A DNA stretch of 43,021 nt. It comes from Phoronis australis. Its lineage: Eukaryota > Animalia > Phoronida. The stretch covers positions 78,196 through 121,216 of the forward strand of contig NMRA01000840.1 in NCBI GenBank assembly GCA_002633005.1, in the 5' to 3' direction. Below the pieces are notes generated by a model, which saw only the letters and a program-made list of their open reading frames with translations, was not told the DNA's origin and ran no database searches. Below are positions 12,901 to 27,900 of this stretch, one piece after another. The position numbers were made by a program, and so were the translations under genes. Positions within the stretch are counted from its first letter, which is position 1, and each line of letters starts with the position of its first letter.

Positions 12901-15900
12901 TTGCGAGTCGCCAAGTTGTACGGGTCGGGCAAATATCGCCCTAAGATGAACTGTTTACTGGGATCGCAGCCATTGGTTCCAAGGTTATCCACTCTTGCAC
13001 CCAAGCTGCAAAAAGATCAACGGCACAGTGCAGCACACCCGCTTGTCTTAACATCGAGAGCTACACAACAAGACGATTTCTAGAAGGAAATGTTACAGCC
13101 AAAACAATGTAAAACAGAGACGAAAACCATTGCTACTCATTCACCATGCCTTTAATAATTTGACTAATCCGAAACACATTTTGACAAGGCGTCAATCATC
13201 AAGCAATATTTGCAAGAGTTGTGATACGCTCTAACGCCACTCAATCTCAACTGTGTTCAGATATAATGAACAAAACGTTGCGTTTAACATAACAAGGCAA
13301 AGTGTTTCCTTATCAGCGATACAATTTTCTGCACATGATTCATGGGTGGGTTATCCTACCCGAAAGCAAGTCCTTGGGCAAGGAATGCGGTGCTACCAAA
13401 AGCTCCGGGTTCGTAGCTCATAGCCTGTCCTCTGTAGATTCCATTATACGATTTACACACGCTATCCGGTGAATACGTACCCAGTGAGCCAAGTAAGAGC
13501 TCATACCTGAAAAAGTCAAACGGGCGTAAGAGGGTTTGCTTTAATGTGGGGACATAAACAACTGTGACTACAGCATCTCCATCAAACCTGGGCCACACGA
13601 GTTCGTTCGGCCTACACTATCTCTATCACCGCCTCCGTCCGACACTCACTTTTCTTTCGCCTGCGCAGCACCGTGTCATTCGTCGATCATAGCAGTTTAA
13701 TCCAAGGCCGTAGGCCGGAGGGGGGTTCGACCGCTCCTCCGCTGAACTAGCCCATGCCTATCCGTTAAAGATAGAATACATATGGAAAACAACAAAACTG
13801 TTGCAGCTACTGGTACTACTAACTACAATGATGACTGGGTTAATAATAATTATTAATTTGCTTCTTTTCAAAGCGCTTCACGTAATCATCGTTCCGGACC
13901 CGGCCAACTTCGCCCGAGTGGTATTTTCCGGCGTAGTTGACAGGATCATGCTGACGATTAGATGAGTTTTATGTTACTCATCGGCATTGAACAAACATGG
14001 TGGTTACACTGTAGGGTAACAAGGGAGCCTAGAATCAAATATCTATACTTAGATAAGCTATTTAGCAGCGAAAGAGCTCCCAAAAAGTAGTGCGGGTGAA
14101 TGCTTTACAATCGAAGGACTTTGGATTTGAAAGTGTTCGTCAAGTACATCTTTTTCATCTAGTGTTCACTTCGGTTGTGGATTGGTGGATTGACATGTAT
14201 GTGCATACACGTGTTTGCGTTTCCGTCCTTTTAAATTCAGTAGAAGCCGACAGTAAGTTAACTATAAGCAGCCCTCGGTCGTTCCTTAAAAATTAAAATT
14301 TAACTGTAACCGTGTTTTCTTGAACAGAGAAAACACCGAAGAGCATGTTCACTCCGACAGTTATTTTATCTCAAAACTGCAGCCCAAGCAGTCGCTTTAG
14401 CGTTATATCCAGTTTCTAATTCATAACCTTGCACACATTGTCTAACAATACCAAGCTCAAATGATTAGGAGACACCTACATGTATGTTCAATGCTTGTTT
14501 GTCAGACAGTGAAGCCAGGATTCGTCTCCCAAACAGGAGTCTCAACCTCAAAATACCGAGCCACAGCGCTGATTACTCTGCTAAGGAGTCGTAACAGAAG
14601 TGAATAAAGTATAGTATTTGTGTAACCATTTGAAGGGTGTGTAAAAGTTGAATGGTCCTTCATATATTACAAATGAGCTCAGTTTCAATCACTGTCAATT
14701 GAGATTCTTTTTCTAACTAACGACCCTCACGGGTCAGGACTGCGGCGACCAACAGTTTAAAATTTAAGAAGACTGAATGGGGCTCTATGACTTCGTGAAG
14801 ACTGTCAGAGACAGGGTACTAGCGAGCTAACGACATTAAATTTCAACCCAGCCGTGTGCATGGTTCCGGTGGGTGAGGTTCAGGCACAGAGGCCCTAAGA
14901 TTTTCAGTCGCGCTGTGAAATGATGCAACCCTGACATGGATTTGAGGGTGGTATCTTAATTGATAGTTCATCAATATTCCTACTTCATATTTTTTAAAAT
15001 GCAATAACGTCCTCATTTTTCCGTGTTTGTAAGATATGCGGGAATTTTTGCATGCGCATTAAATCCAAACAAAGTATTTTAGTACCTGGGCGTTGTTTTC
15101 GGTATAGGTAAGTCATTCAGTGTTTCTAATAACCGTAGTATTTATTTTGCACGTAAACGAGAAAAAAATACACGAATTGAAAAAGTTAGATCTTTTAGTA
15201 GTAGTGAACCTTTGAAGCAGTGAACCTTGGGAATGGCGAACCGAATGATGAGCATTAGGCTGTTTCCATTTCCAACGTGACGTAGGCAACTTTAGTAACA
15301 CTCAATTATATACATGTAACTACATGTTGATAAAAAATTGTCTACTTATTCTCCGTCTAAATATTTCTGTCCTAGTACATGTAGGTGTAATCACTCCTGC
15401 TAAAGGAGTGATTTGAACATTTGGCAGGAAGTAGCGCAAAACGTTTAGGACCACATTACATTCGAATTGAGTCCGGGTCTTTGCGAGCAACCGTCATGGA
15501 ATCCTAATATCTGGTATTACTAATACCTTCTCATCTTAAAAAGCACAGAGCTGAGGGTCATCGTTGTGTAAACAAATTTCATTTGCCCTGATTAAGCTGC
15601 GCCAGCTGAGGGCATTAATGAAAACTCTACAGTGTCGACGTTCGCAAAATATCAAAGGTCCACCGTTCTAGAAATTCGAACCACCCCCTGCGCAATGCTG
15701 GCTACGCCTTGAATACCTACTGTACACCTTCGCGGATATGGGGGCTCTCGTCACCATAAGTATAGTCACACTTGAGACTTCCCTAACTTGTCGAATTGCT
15801 ATTTGATACATGTATCTCAAAATTTAAGCTGCGTAGGGCAACTTGAGATTGTTAACTAATTGTATAGATTGGCACTAACTGGGAGTTTTGTCACCTAGAT

Positions 15901-18900
15901 GTATTTATTCCTCACAAACAAAAATGTTTTAGAAACATGCATTCGAATGATCTTTTCTTCTTTCAGTTTTCGGTTAGTGCTTGCACAAAGCTATCTACAG
16001 TGTTTCTTCTTGTCACAGCATACATTTTTATGAGAAACACCTCGAATCTATTAGTATCTTCAAATTTTACTTCGAATGCGATAGTGATTTGTTCGTGCAC
16101 ACTTCACTCATCACATAGTAAGTATCTTGCAAAAAACGTGATTAGGCATGACCATGCAAACTCTCGCGAAAAATTGCACCCGCCTTAGGGTTAGGCCTTT
16201 TCGGTTTTGGGCAGATTCAGAGTCGACATGTTCGCGACTTCACCATCATTGACCGTGCATTATAATAGTTGACAGAGTTGAAAGTGCCGGGTCTTCATGT
16301 CTTTGTCTACAATATTGACGACCTTTCCGACAGCACTCGGCGATGTTGAAAGCGTCGGCAACTATGCTGTGATCATTTGATGATGTTGTTGTTTTTTTAG
16401 AGTCGTTACGGGTGTCATCGCGCCGTACATGTATCAGCTCCAAATTCAATTAAGTGTTTGTCACGGACGTCGCGTGGCCCTGATGATCGTCAGTGGGATT
16501 CACATCGTTGACATTGTCGGCTTTCAGCCAGGTGATTTCATGTCAGCGACGTCATCAGTGTTTGTGGGCTCGTGGTGTGAGAGTTTACGTCAAAGCTGCC
16601 TCCAGTTCAGTAACGCTAGGACCTCGCTAAAAAGCAAGACTTCGCGAGATTACGTGAGAAATTGCCGTGTATTTTAAATAAGAACACGTGACTTTGACTA
16701 GGTTTTACTAGGTCCTAGCGTAGGTCCTAGCGTCTACTGACAGTGGCGGATCTAGGATATCACAAGGGGGGGGGCCAACATTTTGTCCGGCTGTAAGCAT
16801 TTGCGCAAACTGAACCACGATTGTAGATGAGCATAGCACCGTATGGTGGGAGGTCGGGAGGGGGGTTTGCCCGCCTCCCGCTCAGGAAATTTTTCTGTTT
16901 TTACCTCTAAAATTCCTGAAGTATTATCCAAGAAAAAAAGGAAAAAAAAACAAAACAAAACACGGAGAACGTGTCAAACAGGAAAAACTGAACGTACCAA
17001 AGACTCGAACTCACGACCTGGCGGATAGAGAGCGCGTGCGTTACCACTACACCACCACGACTTAACTACAAATCTCACACTAAAAGACCTATTTGTTTAT
17101 GGTCCACAGCGTTTGCGCGCGAAACCTACTTCTTTTCGTAATGCTTATTACACGTTTTATATTTTGTGCCATCAATTGTTAACAAATTTGTCGTATTTAA
17201 AATAGTCTTCAAATGCCCAAAAGACCAAATCCGTTTTTCGTGTTGGCAATAATGACGGGATTGCTTTGGAAATCGTCTTAAGATAAGGTTTGACAAAGAG
17301 AGTATTGCGAGTTTCTGAGTGATTCACTTAGGCTTCGATTAAAATTCACATCTTACCAGCAGCTTCTGTTTTTTCATCGTCACTCAGGTTCCATTCTCTT
17401 TAAAAAATGAAGTAAATTTTCTTCATTGCACAGTGGAGCAGGCGACGAAAACGGAGTCGTAGTGCGCAGCGCCACTGCCGGTCGCCTGGGATATCGCGGG
17501 AGAGCCTATACTTAGCCATAGCTCCGTTACGAATGCGCCGTGTTCCGAATTTGACACTTGAAATTGGGTTTGAGCCCCCCCTTCCCAAAACACTAAAACT
17601 GCACACATTTAAATCATCTTTTCATCCGTATAATTTTAATTACCGGGGTTAATTAATAANATGAGAATGCAATTCAAGCCGCTATGCGATTTACCACTGT
17701 CATAAATGATGCTACAAATCCTTGGTTTACTAACAGCTATTAATAACGATTTTCCCATGCATCTATCTGAAACCAAGGAAGGGTCTGTCACCCTTGTCAA
17801 TCTTCAGAGGTATCTGTTAAACTGACAAGCGTGGTCTACGCTTATAAGGTAACTTACACTACATCAGTCCACCAAAACTATAGTATATTCCGCGACCTAG
17901 TGACTATATCTTTTAGTTGAATCCTGCCCAAGTCTCTCAAATGAGAGGAAAATGGTGCATTAACAGGGGACGGAAGGAATATGGTTATTAAGGTCACTAA
18001 AACTGCTGTGTTTCTGAAGCGATTGGGATGAGTTCATTTATAAGTCGACTCACACGTCTTGCACAAAACAAGGGACATAACACTGATAACGTTTCGACAG
18101 TTATCGACTCACCCAGTATTTAAGACACCGTAGTCGTACTTGGGGATTGATTTGCTGTTGACGCTGGTCTGGGTCCACTTTTTGAAAGCGGCCAGACATT
18201 CATGCCCAGGAATTTTGACGGCACCCCATACGGTTTTCTTGTAGTTTTCCGTAAACGGGGATGCAAGAGCAGTCTGTAGGAGAAGGTAATCTGTTAGCAC
18301 TGAAGATCACTGAGTAACCCAGTGAAGTCACCACATTACTTCAATATGTAACAAAGGGACAGCATGAAGCCCCGGTGTATAGCCACAGAACTTGACTCAG
18401 ATTCAGACTAGAATGAATCCAACCGCCAAAATGTGAGTAGAGACATGAACAGCGTAAGTGTACTCGAAGCGTGCTTTGCATTTGGTCAAGTGTAGGGTCG
18501 AGTTTTGAGTACAAAGATTTTACCCAGGCACTCTTGCTTGAAACTTTATTTGTAGTTTCCTCCAATTGTTTCAAAACAATCGAAAACCGTTGAAATTGGC
18601 GTAAAAGATGGCCAAAGCACCCAAATGTATAGCATTTGTTGAAATCACTCATGTAAGAACTTTCATCTATTATATTAATTAGTTAATATCAATCTAGTTC
18701 GTAATCACTTCGTATTAATTTGTATATATTTTGGATGGGCTCATCCATTAATTCCACCGTTGACAAATGAATGTAGTCCTACCTGAGCAACGTAAATGAA
18801 GGAGAGCTGTACTCTAAAGGAGTATCTCGCATGTTTTATACTTTGAAATCGGATATCGAGCTGAAATTAAAGGGATTACTCTATTACCTAGGTAGTGTTC

Positions 18901-21900
18901 AGTAAACAAATTGTCTTGTAAAAGCGTTCTCAAGCAAAAACAGCGCAAAATTAAGTACCTGTAAGTGAAAGGCTAGCCACGTACAGGTGTATTACAAGAA
19001 TATTGTACATGTATACTCGAGGATTTGAGAGCGTAACCAAGCAAAACGGAGGTCACTAAGTATGAAGTGATCGTACTTGCTGCTGTGATGTTAGAATTTT
19101 GTATTATCGGGCAAAATACACACACGTACGTGTAAATTACCTGTCAGACATCAGTGTGCCGTTGCATCAACGAATCACTGCCGCCGCAAGATTAAGGTTA
19201 TTGCGTCGGATCCAAGGAACGTAGGTACAGTAGTTCTAGAGGTTACAACGCGTGCTCAGCAACCAACGCTTTTTAAATTCATTCTAACATGTTCTAAAGA
19301 TTGCCTGAGCTTGGGTTTTATACCCTAGAAAAATCTTTATAATACTTAATAATGTATCAGTTTTGTTTTTTTTTTCTGTCAGCAAATCAGTATTTGTGAC
19401 AGTGCTTACCCCATTCGACAAATGACACATGTAATATTTTATGTCAGAGAGCGCGTTTTTCTGCTTTTCTTCGGATGTCGAACCTGATGCATCAGCCAAA
19501 AACCTAAAACATTAAAAGTGTGCACTTTATGAAGTAAGCGAAACTGTGATTAGTAAATTGTGTTTGGCGTTTATTTTCATATTGATATCCGGTCTAAATT
19601 ATACTGAAAATTGACAGGAAACAACTTCAAACCTAGTGAGGGTGTCGCCCATTTGCAGTGCGTTATAAGTTTGGATGAGAGAGAGGGAGAGAAACACATT
19701 GATTTACATTAAATTTTAATGAAACAATGATTAGATAATTCGATTTCAATTAGAAGGTTTTCTAAAGGTTATTGACCGCTAATAAGAAGGTCCCTTGTAT
19801 AAAATAAATAAAAGGAAATGCAAACATCAGTAGGAATAGGTGAGGAAGCCATATACAGTATATATATAACTTACTTAAGAAAACAAAAAGTGAATTAGCG
19901 CTGAAAACGACCGACACTCCAGGAACCCAGAAGTGGACTGTCACAGCTAAGGAGATTTTGGGAATGCAATTAGATACTTTTACATACATACATGAAGCAA
20001 TTTGAAATATGAGAAAGTGGATCGTAGTTGCTATCAATAAAATTGGTTAAGAACCCGGAGAAAGCTTGCAAAGAATGCGTTTTATTATATTTAGAGCAGA
20101 GACTCAGTCTGGTATTTCTTTGTTGCTTACAAGTCGAGGAATTTCAAATCTAATACAGGCTCTTGATGACAATTTGTTGAACGGAGGAATTAAAATTGTG
20201 GGTTGTATTGACGAAATACCAGCTGAGTATATGGGCAGAGGGAGTATTATAACTGTAATTTGATATATTCCGAAGGATTCTCTTCTGGGCTATCTGGATT
20301 TTCTTAGTGCTGCCAAAACCCCAATGCCATAGTTTAAATGTGGGAGGACAAGTGAATTACATATTAATTTGAGAGCTCGAAGAGGAAGATAAGATTTCAA
20401 TTTTTGTACGAGTCCACCTAGATTGATAAGTTTGTTTGAGATGAGGTTATTTGAGATGAGGTTTATGTGGGGGGGGGNNNNNNGCATGAGAAGTTTATGT
20501 CAACGGTAATACCAAGGAAAGGAAAACTGTTTGCGTGACATATTGATTTGCTATTTATATACATGTAAATGGTAGGAATAATACATTTTTAAATTTTCTT
20601 TTTGGGAGTAGTGGAAGATTAGTGGTGATTATATTGAGTAGCGCATATCATGTTTAGAAAAAGTTAGGGCCTAGACTACTCTCAATAGGGACTAAACCCA
20701 CGTCCCCGAAATCTCCATGCATCAGTACACTTTTCATGAAAATGTTAAATTTATTTTTATTTGATCTCTTTCATGTGTGACAATTCTTCCATATTGAAGA
20801 TTGAGCTATTACTTCAATGAACACGCTTAGAAAATAAGTCCTTTAATTAGGGGTTATTGTATGAAAAGGCTACCATCCAGTTTCCTTCAAATTAGGAACT
20901 CAACAAAATTTTTACTGTTAGTATAAATCAGCACTAAAACTTCACCAACATAGAAATGAAGATAAAATAGCAAAAAGTACAGTTGTTGTTTGCACAATGT
21001 CCAAATGCAACGCAAATTGATGCTCATCGACAGGAATTAGAATTAAATTTGAACTGGGGTAATAATTCAGCCATGATACTTGAGACATCAGTCATCAAAA
21101 CCATGAATTGTGATCCAGGAGCTAACGAGCGTGACGGACGATGACAACCCATCGTCACTGCCATTTAGTAAATAATGGGGATTTCGTACTATATTATCGC
21201 TTCTAATTCGAAGAAAACTGTGCCAAGTAGTCGTGATGGTAACTGATGTATAGATACCTGCTATAGAGAGCGAAGTCCACAGCCATAAAGAGCTCTATTG
21301 TATTTAGTTGCGGTGTTGCTCGCTTCTGGCGACTGTGTGAACTGTCTTCCCCAGTGAATGCAAGTCGTGAAAGTTGAGAGCTAACTGTAACAACGAATTG
21401 GTTTGTACAGAAATAACACAAGTATGCTACAGCGCCGATTACAGCAATAGCCCTTTATCCAGATTGCAGTAGGTCGAAACAGTCATTTATGTGGCTCACG
21501 TGGCGCCATAGTGTACGTTGTGTGGACGCACTCTACATGTACATGTTCTTACCTTAGGCAGATAAGGAACCTTAACATATTAAGAGCAATTCCATATAAA
21601 AACCAGATGGTGGGTTATATATGCAAAATCAGAAACTTAGCATATCAGCTGGCCTTGTCAAAAGAAACCTGAGTCTGAATTTTTAAGAGTTTCCGAGTTT
21701 TTTCTAACCCTTTTTACGACCACTTTGTACTTTTTCCGAAAAATAGCAAATAATAGTACTTGGAAGTAGGTGACTTTTTGTCAGCAACAACACATCATCG
21801 CTTCACGCTATAAAAAAATAACTATATAGCAGAAAGAAGAAAGAATAACGTACAAGAAAAACTAGTTCGGATGTATTTTTTGATTTTTTATGTCCTCCCA

Positions 21901-24900
21901 TTTTAGCCTACAAAAATGTCATTTTCACTGCTTATTATTAAGGCCATTTTTACGCATTTTTATCACTCTCCGAAATCTATATCGGATTTTTTTGGAACAT
22001 GAGTTAACTTCCATCTGTTACTGCTGTCTTTGTTCAGCCCAACGCAAGAATAAAAAATCTTGTCTCTTTCATAGTTTTTGTGCAGTCAGTTTTTTACATA
22101 ACTCACTTACACACTTTTCTGCCAATCTGTGACTGTCAGTTTGATTAAAAGACTCTAGGAGGCGCTACTCGATTGTGCAATTATCTATCGACCAAAATGC
22201 CAAATAGAACAAATATCATTCGTTTTGGTACATTAGTGACGAAGGAGATCATGGGAAGCTGTACGAGAGATTTTTTCTTCGCGGATTTTCAGTTTTGCTG
22301 GTGCAAAAATAAAAATTTGTTATAGGATTACAGAAATCAAAAAAGTCAATTTTAATGTACTTATGAGTTAATAATACAACCCCATCACCATCTCATACTT
22401 CAGAGAAGCAGGTTTTATTCTTATTAAGGGTGCCCATTACCCATTGCTTGGCCAGTTTTCAAACACCGTAACTGACTAAGAATCCCACGCACTGCCTGCA
22501 GTGCATGCTGGTCCATTTTCAGACCTCCTGGTCAAATCCCTGTATATGCGCATGAAAAAGTCTTCTAAAACTATTAGCAAAGTTCATACTAAAACTAATC
22601 AAGATCTTCGAGATCACACTTGAAAAGAGGACGGTGGATACGAGCAGAAGTGTCGTGTTATTGGACATACAAAGTGTCACGCAATGCTTCTTGTACTACA
22701 CAAAAGCGACCGAGCATGGTGGCAGTGCGCCAGTGGAATTTGCAATTTCAGAAAAATAACAGGTACGGATATTTACGATTGAAAACATAATAGTTTCAGT
22801 GATATCCAAGATACCGGCTTTCCAAACCAGTATTTAAGCAATTGGGTGTTGTTGCGACTTACCAGCTAAAAGTTTCACAATATGTAAATTCCGTTCATGC
22901 GGCGGACTCAAAAGCACAGTTTCTTGTAGGTATGCTAGGTTTAGTGTATGATGCATTTCTACACAACACTTCAAAAAACTGTATTTTGTTTGAAGAAAAC
23001 AAGAGCTACTGAAACACAAAGTCTTTTTATTTTGCTCAGTACACATGTCTAAGATAGACGTTTCTCAAAACTAGATAATCACTCCTTTAAAAATCTCAGT
23101 AGTTTCAAGAGAATCAATCATGTAAAAAGTATGCTTTACCAGTCTCAAACTGAACATAAAACAAAAAACGCTAGTAAAAAGTGACAGAAGATTTCAATGT
23201 TGATCATCAGTGGCTTGGATTATTTTCCCCAAACGGCCACCACTCAAATCTCTCCCCCATGGAAGCCCCTAACTCGCGTCATATTCCATTTTTTTCCAAT
23301 TTCGCCCAGGGTGGGCCCCAGTCCCCTAGCTACGATAATGATGACCACAACAATATCGTAAGAATAGACAACAACTAAAACATGTTCATAATTTCCTCGG
23401 TTTATGATAACTCATTCATGACTTCAAGCTCCAACTCATTCATTGAGGCAAACTCGTGGGCAGCAGCAGCATCAGCATCTTCAATATTCTGAATATTTCC
23501 GATTCGAAACGCGACAACCATACGGGAAAAAATCCAGCAATCTGCTACTCCGACAGCCACTCTTCAGAGGAGAAAACTTTTCTTTGCTTATTCCTGGCTT
23601 CTCGCATCATCTTTTCACAGCCTCAGCTGGCTGTTGTTTTCTGCCTGACTGTTCACCTTCAGAAAATATATCACTGGGTTAAATCTTTACCTTCTCAGAG
23701 AAGCGGACCGCTTTTCTAGTACTTTTCAGGGCCCTATCCTGCGGCGACTTGATCAATAACGTAAACGGGGGACAACTCAGGTGATGATACAGCTGTGGTA
23801 GTGGATGAAATCTCGGATTGTCTTGAAATGTGGTCGAACTGAGTCTCGTTCTGGAGGGATGATGAATGAGCACCAACATCCAAGTGCTCACTTAGCTCAG
23901 CATCTGTAGGAAAAGATTTCGAGCACCCATAGTGTGTGCATGTGAACTTCGAATGACGTTCACGGGATACCAGCCCCGACTCAACCCTTGGAGTTGTAAA
24001 ACACTCGAGTGTTGCAAGGTCAAGACTTTTCAGAGGCAACAGTTTACATGACTTGTTGATGACAAGTTTTCCCTCCCCTACTCTATGGGCCTTCCATGCT
24101 CGAATGCCATCTGTGGAATACTCAAAGTTTGTCAGCAAACTTATCCCTGGGATACTGTGCTTGGGGAGGACCTTTGGGGCATTCACACTACAGGACGACA
24201 CCTAACAGCCTTTGACATCTCCTCTAGACTCTAGCGCATGTTTCAGGTCGACTGCATTTTGAACGTTGTTGCCTTCATTGACGAAGTATTTGGCATGGGC
24301 CTTCAAGGGTGCGATTTTCCTGTCACAGATGTCTTTTCCCTTCTGACTTTCACTGAAGTCGTAACGCAGAATGGAGATGCCGGTGTTACCAGATATGTAG
24401 AACAAATGAATCAGAAGGGCGGCTGAATGGTAACAATTGGCATTGTCGGAGTGTAGGAAAGCTTCCGTTATTTGTGGATCCCTAGCTTTCACCTGCCTTA
24501 GCACATCTAGCGTTAAACAGCAAACAGTGAAAAAGTCTTGCTTGCAGGCATCTAGAGTATGGATGTAAGTATGTACCTGAAATACAATAATTATGTAAGT
24601 CAAATAGGTCAGCTAGTTTAAAGAACTACCTTATTATATCTTATTACCACCTAAACCGCAATCACGCCACTCAACTTCAAACATGGTTCGTCTCAACACG
24701 GTTATTATATCAGTAGCTCCTTCAAAACATTTCTAGGGAGGGGGGAAATTTCCCCTTCACAAAGATATGAAAATCATCCATAAGTACAAAATGGCTTCAG
24801 TTAAAATGAAGGCTTGTGTGCAAAATCTACTAAGAGAAAAATAATGCATCACTGTCAAGCTTTTGTTGGGAAATGGCAAGAAAAAGACTAGATATTAAGT

Positions 24901-27900
24901 GCACACTCCCTGTATCTTGTGAGTGTTACAGTAAATCAATATACTAAAAAGAGGTAAAGGCAACAACATTGTTCATCACTGGCTTTCTGTTTAATATTGA
25001 GCACATCTGAGAATTACTTTGTAACACCTTGAATACTAATTGAGGATTTATTTTTACCTGATGGCTTTCACCTTTCTTTGTGATACAAGCCGCCACGTGC
25101 CATGACATCCTTTTTACCAAACCAGTCGGACTGTGCTTCACGGAAACTGATGGGTATGAACTTCATTGCAAAATCCATTACAACCAAAACTTGGTGTGGG
25201 GTGAGAGATGACATCAGATCCTGTTTTGCTTGTTCCTGGTTTATCCCTCTGACAATATTCTGTGTGTTCGTGATAACAGCACGTCAGTTTTTGTCTAAAA
25301 CCAAGTCCAAACTCATGTCGATGTGTAAAATATATAACGACGCATTTCCATTGGTTTGCCAGTCCAACCTCCTATCTCCAGCTCTGGCAAGAATCAGCTG
25401 TAATTCCGATATAGTTTCAAACTTCTGTGGCACTTTGCACGACCTCAGATGACTTCTGACGTCTTTAACACACCTAATGAAGGCCACATTTCCTCCGCGA
25501 TCACACGTATGTAACGAAAATTGACCAAATGTACAAGAAGGAAATTCCTCCATATTCTTTGCAGTGACAGGAAGTGCATGTAATCTCGAACCCTAAAGTG
25601 CTATTGGTAAAGTTAAACGAAGAATGGAGTGTTTTAGAAAATTGGGGTCTCAAAAGTGAAATTTAAATTTTTGTGATATTCCATTGTTGATATTAGATCA
25701 TATATTTTAGGTGATATCTCTAAACTAAAAGAGTAGCCTCAACTCTCTTGTCAGTCAGAGTAAGGCCACATCACAAAAATGCCCAAATTCGCGGGCCACG
25801 TTTAATACTAAATATATAAGAGACAAGTTTTTTTAAAAGCAATTATCAACGTTCAATCTTAGAAGTGTCTACAAAGAGAATTTCAACTTCAAATATATTC
25901 CGATATAGCAGGCAGGTTAAGCAACATCTTGCCACTTGTGACTGGCCTGAAAAGTGGTCTCGGAGTTTTCTCCCCTGCTGGAAATTTAATTGTACCTATG
26001 AGTTGCAAATTTCTTTTTCTTACTAACCTTACATGAGTCTTTATGACCATCAATGCCAAACTTTGTCACAAGTTTTCCAAGTCTGATTTTTTGCCGTTAA
26101 AAAAATGCAGTTTTACTGACATGAAAAAATGCAAAATATGACTTTATAGCCAAATAGGTCATATCTCGGGTAACCAAAGGTCATTGAGTGCAAATATTGC
26201 AGCAATGCACTTTGGGCCAGCATCCCAACACATGCACAAAGTCTTAGTTCTGTATGAATTTTTGAGTATATAGTGATTTTTCATTTTCATATGGTTTTTA
26301 TATGGAATCATTCTTAAATGCAAACTACTGCCAACAAAGAGCAAATGAAAAAAAATACACAGGTGGTTATAAGCAAGATGTTTATGGTGACTTTCAAGTC
26401 ACAATTTCAAAATGTCCTTACAATGGTATCACCAGAAAACAGGACGTACAGCTGTACATAAAATGCAAGCATCTTTTAGGCTTTTCATCAAAATGGACCC
26501 AAAAGCGTCGGTCTTTTAGCCTGCCGGCTTGCACGGTCAATAACACTCAGTCAGACAACCAAATGGCCGCCCTGTGTACACGTATATGTATGACAATTTA
26601 CATGATACCCATTCTGTCTCTATATCTAGCTGTACAACTACTTGAAACGAAAGTTCTAATTGATTGAACTTGTGTTTACCTAGTTGAGTATTATCGCAAC
26701 ATTTTATGTTTTTGTAAAGGTTTTCAGCCCGGTCTAGTGAGACTTCTCCCAAATGGTACGCATCGTGTGACGAACCATTTAACTTATAATAAATTCCTTT
26801 CAGTCAGATTGTATTGATGAACCAACGTACATGTACATTAGTTTTCAAAATAAACCGGAAACACAAACGAAGGTGTGTCAAGAATGTTGCGTTCTGATTG
26901 CTCAGTTAAGCCGTCAGTCAAAATCTTGGAGGAAGGTCAATTGTTAACGCGTACGGGTTTTACACGCAAGAGCGTTAATGTAATAACCCTTTAGCTGATA
27001 CGTCACATACAATGTATTAAGTGTCTAGAACGATTTGTTTACTATCACCTGTAGAATAGCATTAAATACGGCCACTCGATCCTTTCATTTATGACAGATG
27101 AGCTTGATTCATGTTCTGGAAGATTCAGGGGAATCCGCTGGCTGCTGCTTTTGTGTGTTTATGAGTTGACATGATAAATAAACTAACATAAAAAACTCTC
27201 TTCTCTCTGGGTTTGATATGTCGGTGATGTATTTAAATAACACAAAAGAACAAGACTTCTTTCAGTCTTGAAAATCTAATGTCCCAGCAAACAAGGGTGA
27301 ACGCAGAACTAGTGTCACATAACGTCACCAGTCTGTAAGTTCATTATTGTTTATTTTGTTAGGGATATTAAAGTTTGAATTCAGTAACTGGTCTGGCACA
27401 TTGCATCCCGAACAACACCCTATAACAGCATGTTGTACAGCAGAGTCTCTGTCTCACAAGTCAAAATTTTAGGACTGCAACATCACAAACTACCTTAATT
27501 CTTATTGCACAGAAGGACGACAGTTTCCACACATCTAGTTCATCACAACTTGGTCGATAAATTAATGCGTTATATAACACACGTAGGCCTAGATTAAACC
27601 CCTAACTGACTGGCTTGGACTTCCGTAGAGTAAACAATTCACAAGTACGTGTTAGTATGTTTTCAGGTCTACTATGTCAGCCAATGTGTTACTCTACTTT
27701 AAGGGACATCAGCGGCGAGAGAAGAGTATTTTCATATTAATTAGCATCAACAGTCAGGTTGCGTGCGGACCAGACAAAGAAATGTTTGCAATTAATGTCA
27801 GCGGAAATTGTTCCCAACAAAGCTCCACAGCTCCACAGCTCCATAGTAGCCGTTGAACGGGTTTTGCCGATGCCCCATACATATCCCGCGCGATAAATAG

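Noticed and set aside
15389-15413. 10-bp stem hairpin AATCACTCCT/AGGAGTGATT
   Set aside because: Isolated, with no Helitron-type CTRR end or other supporting context.
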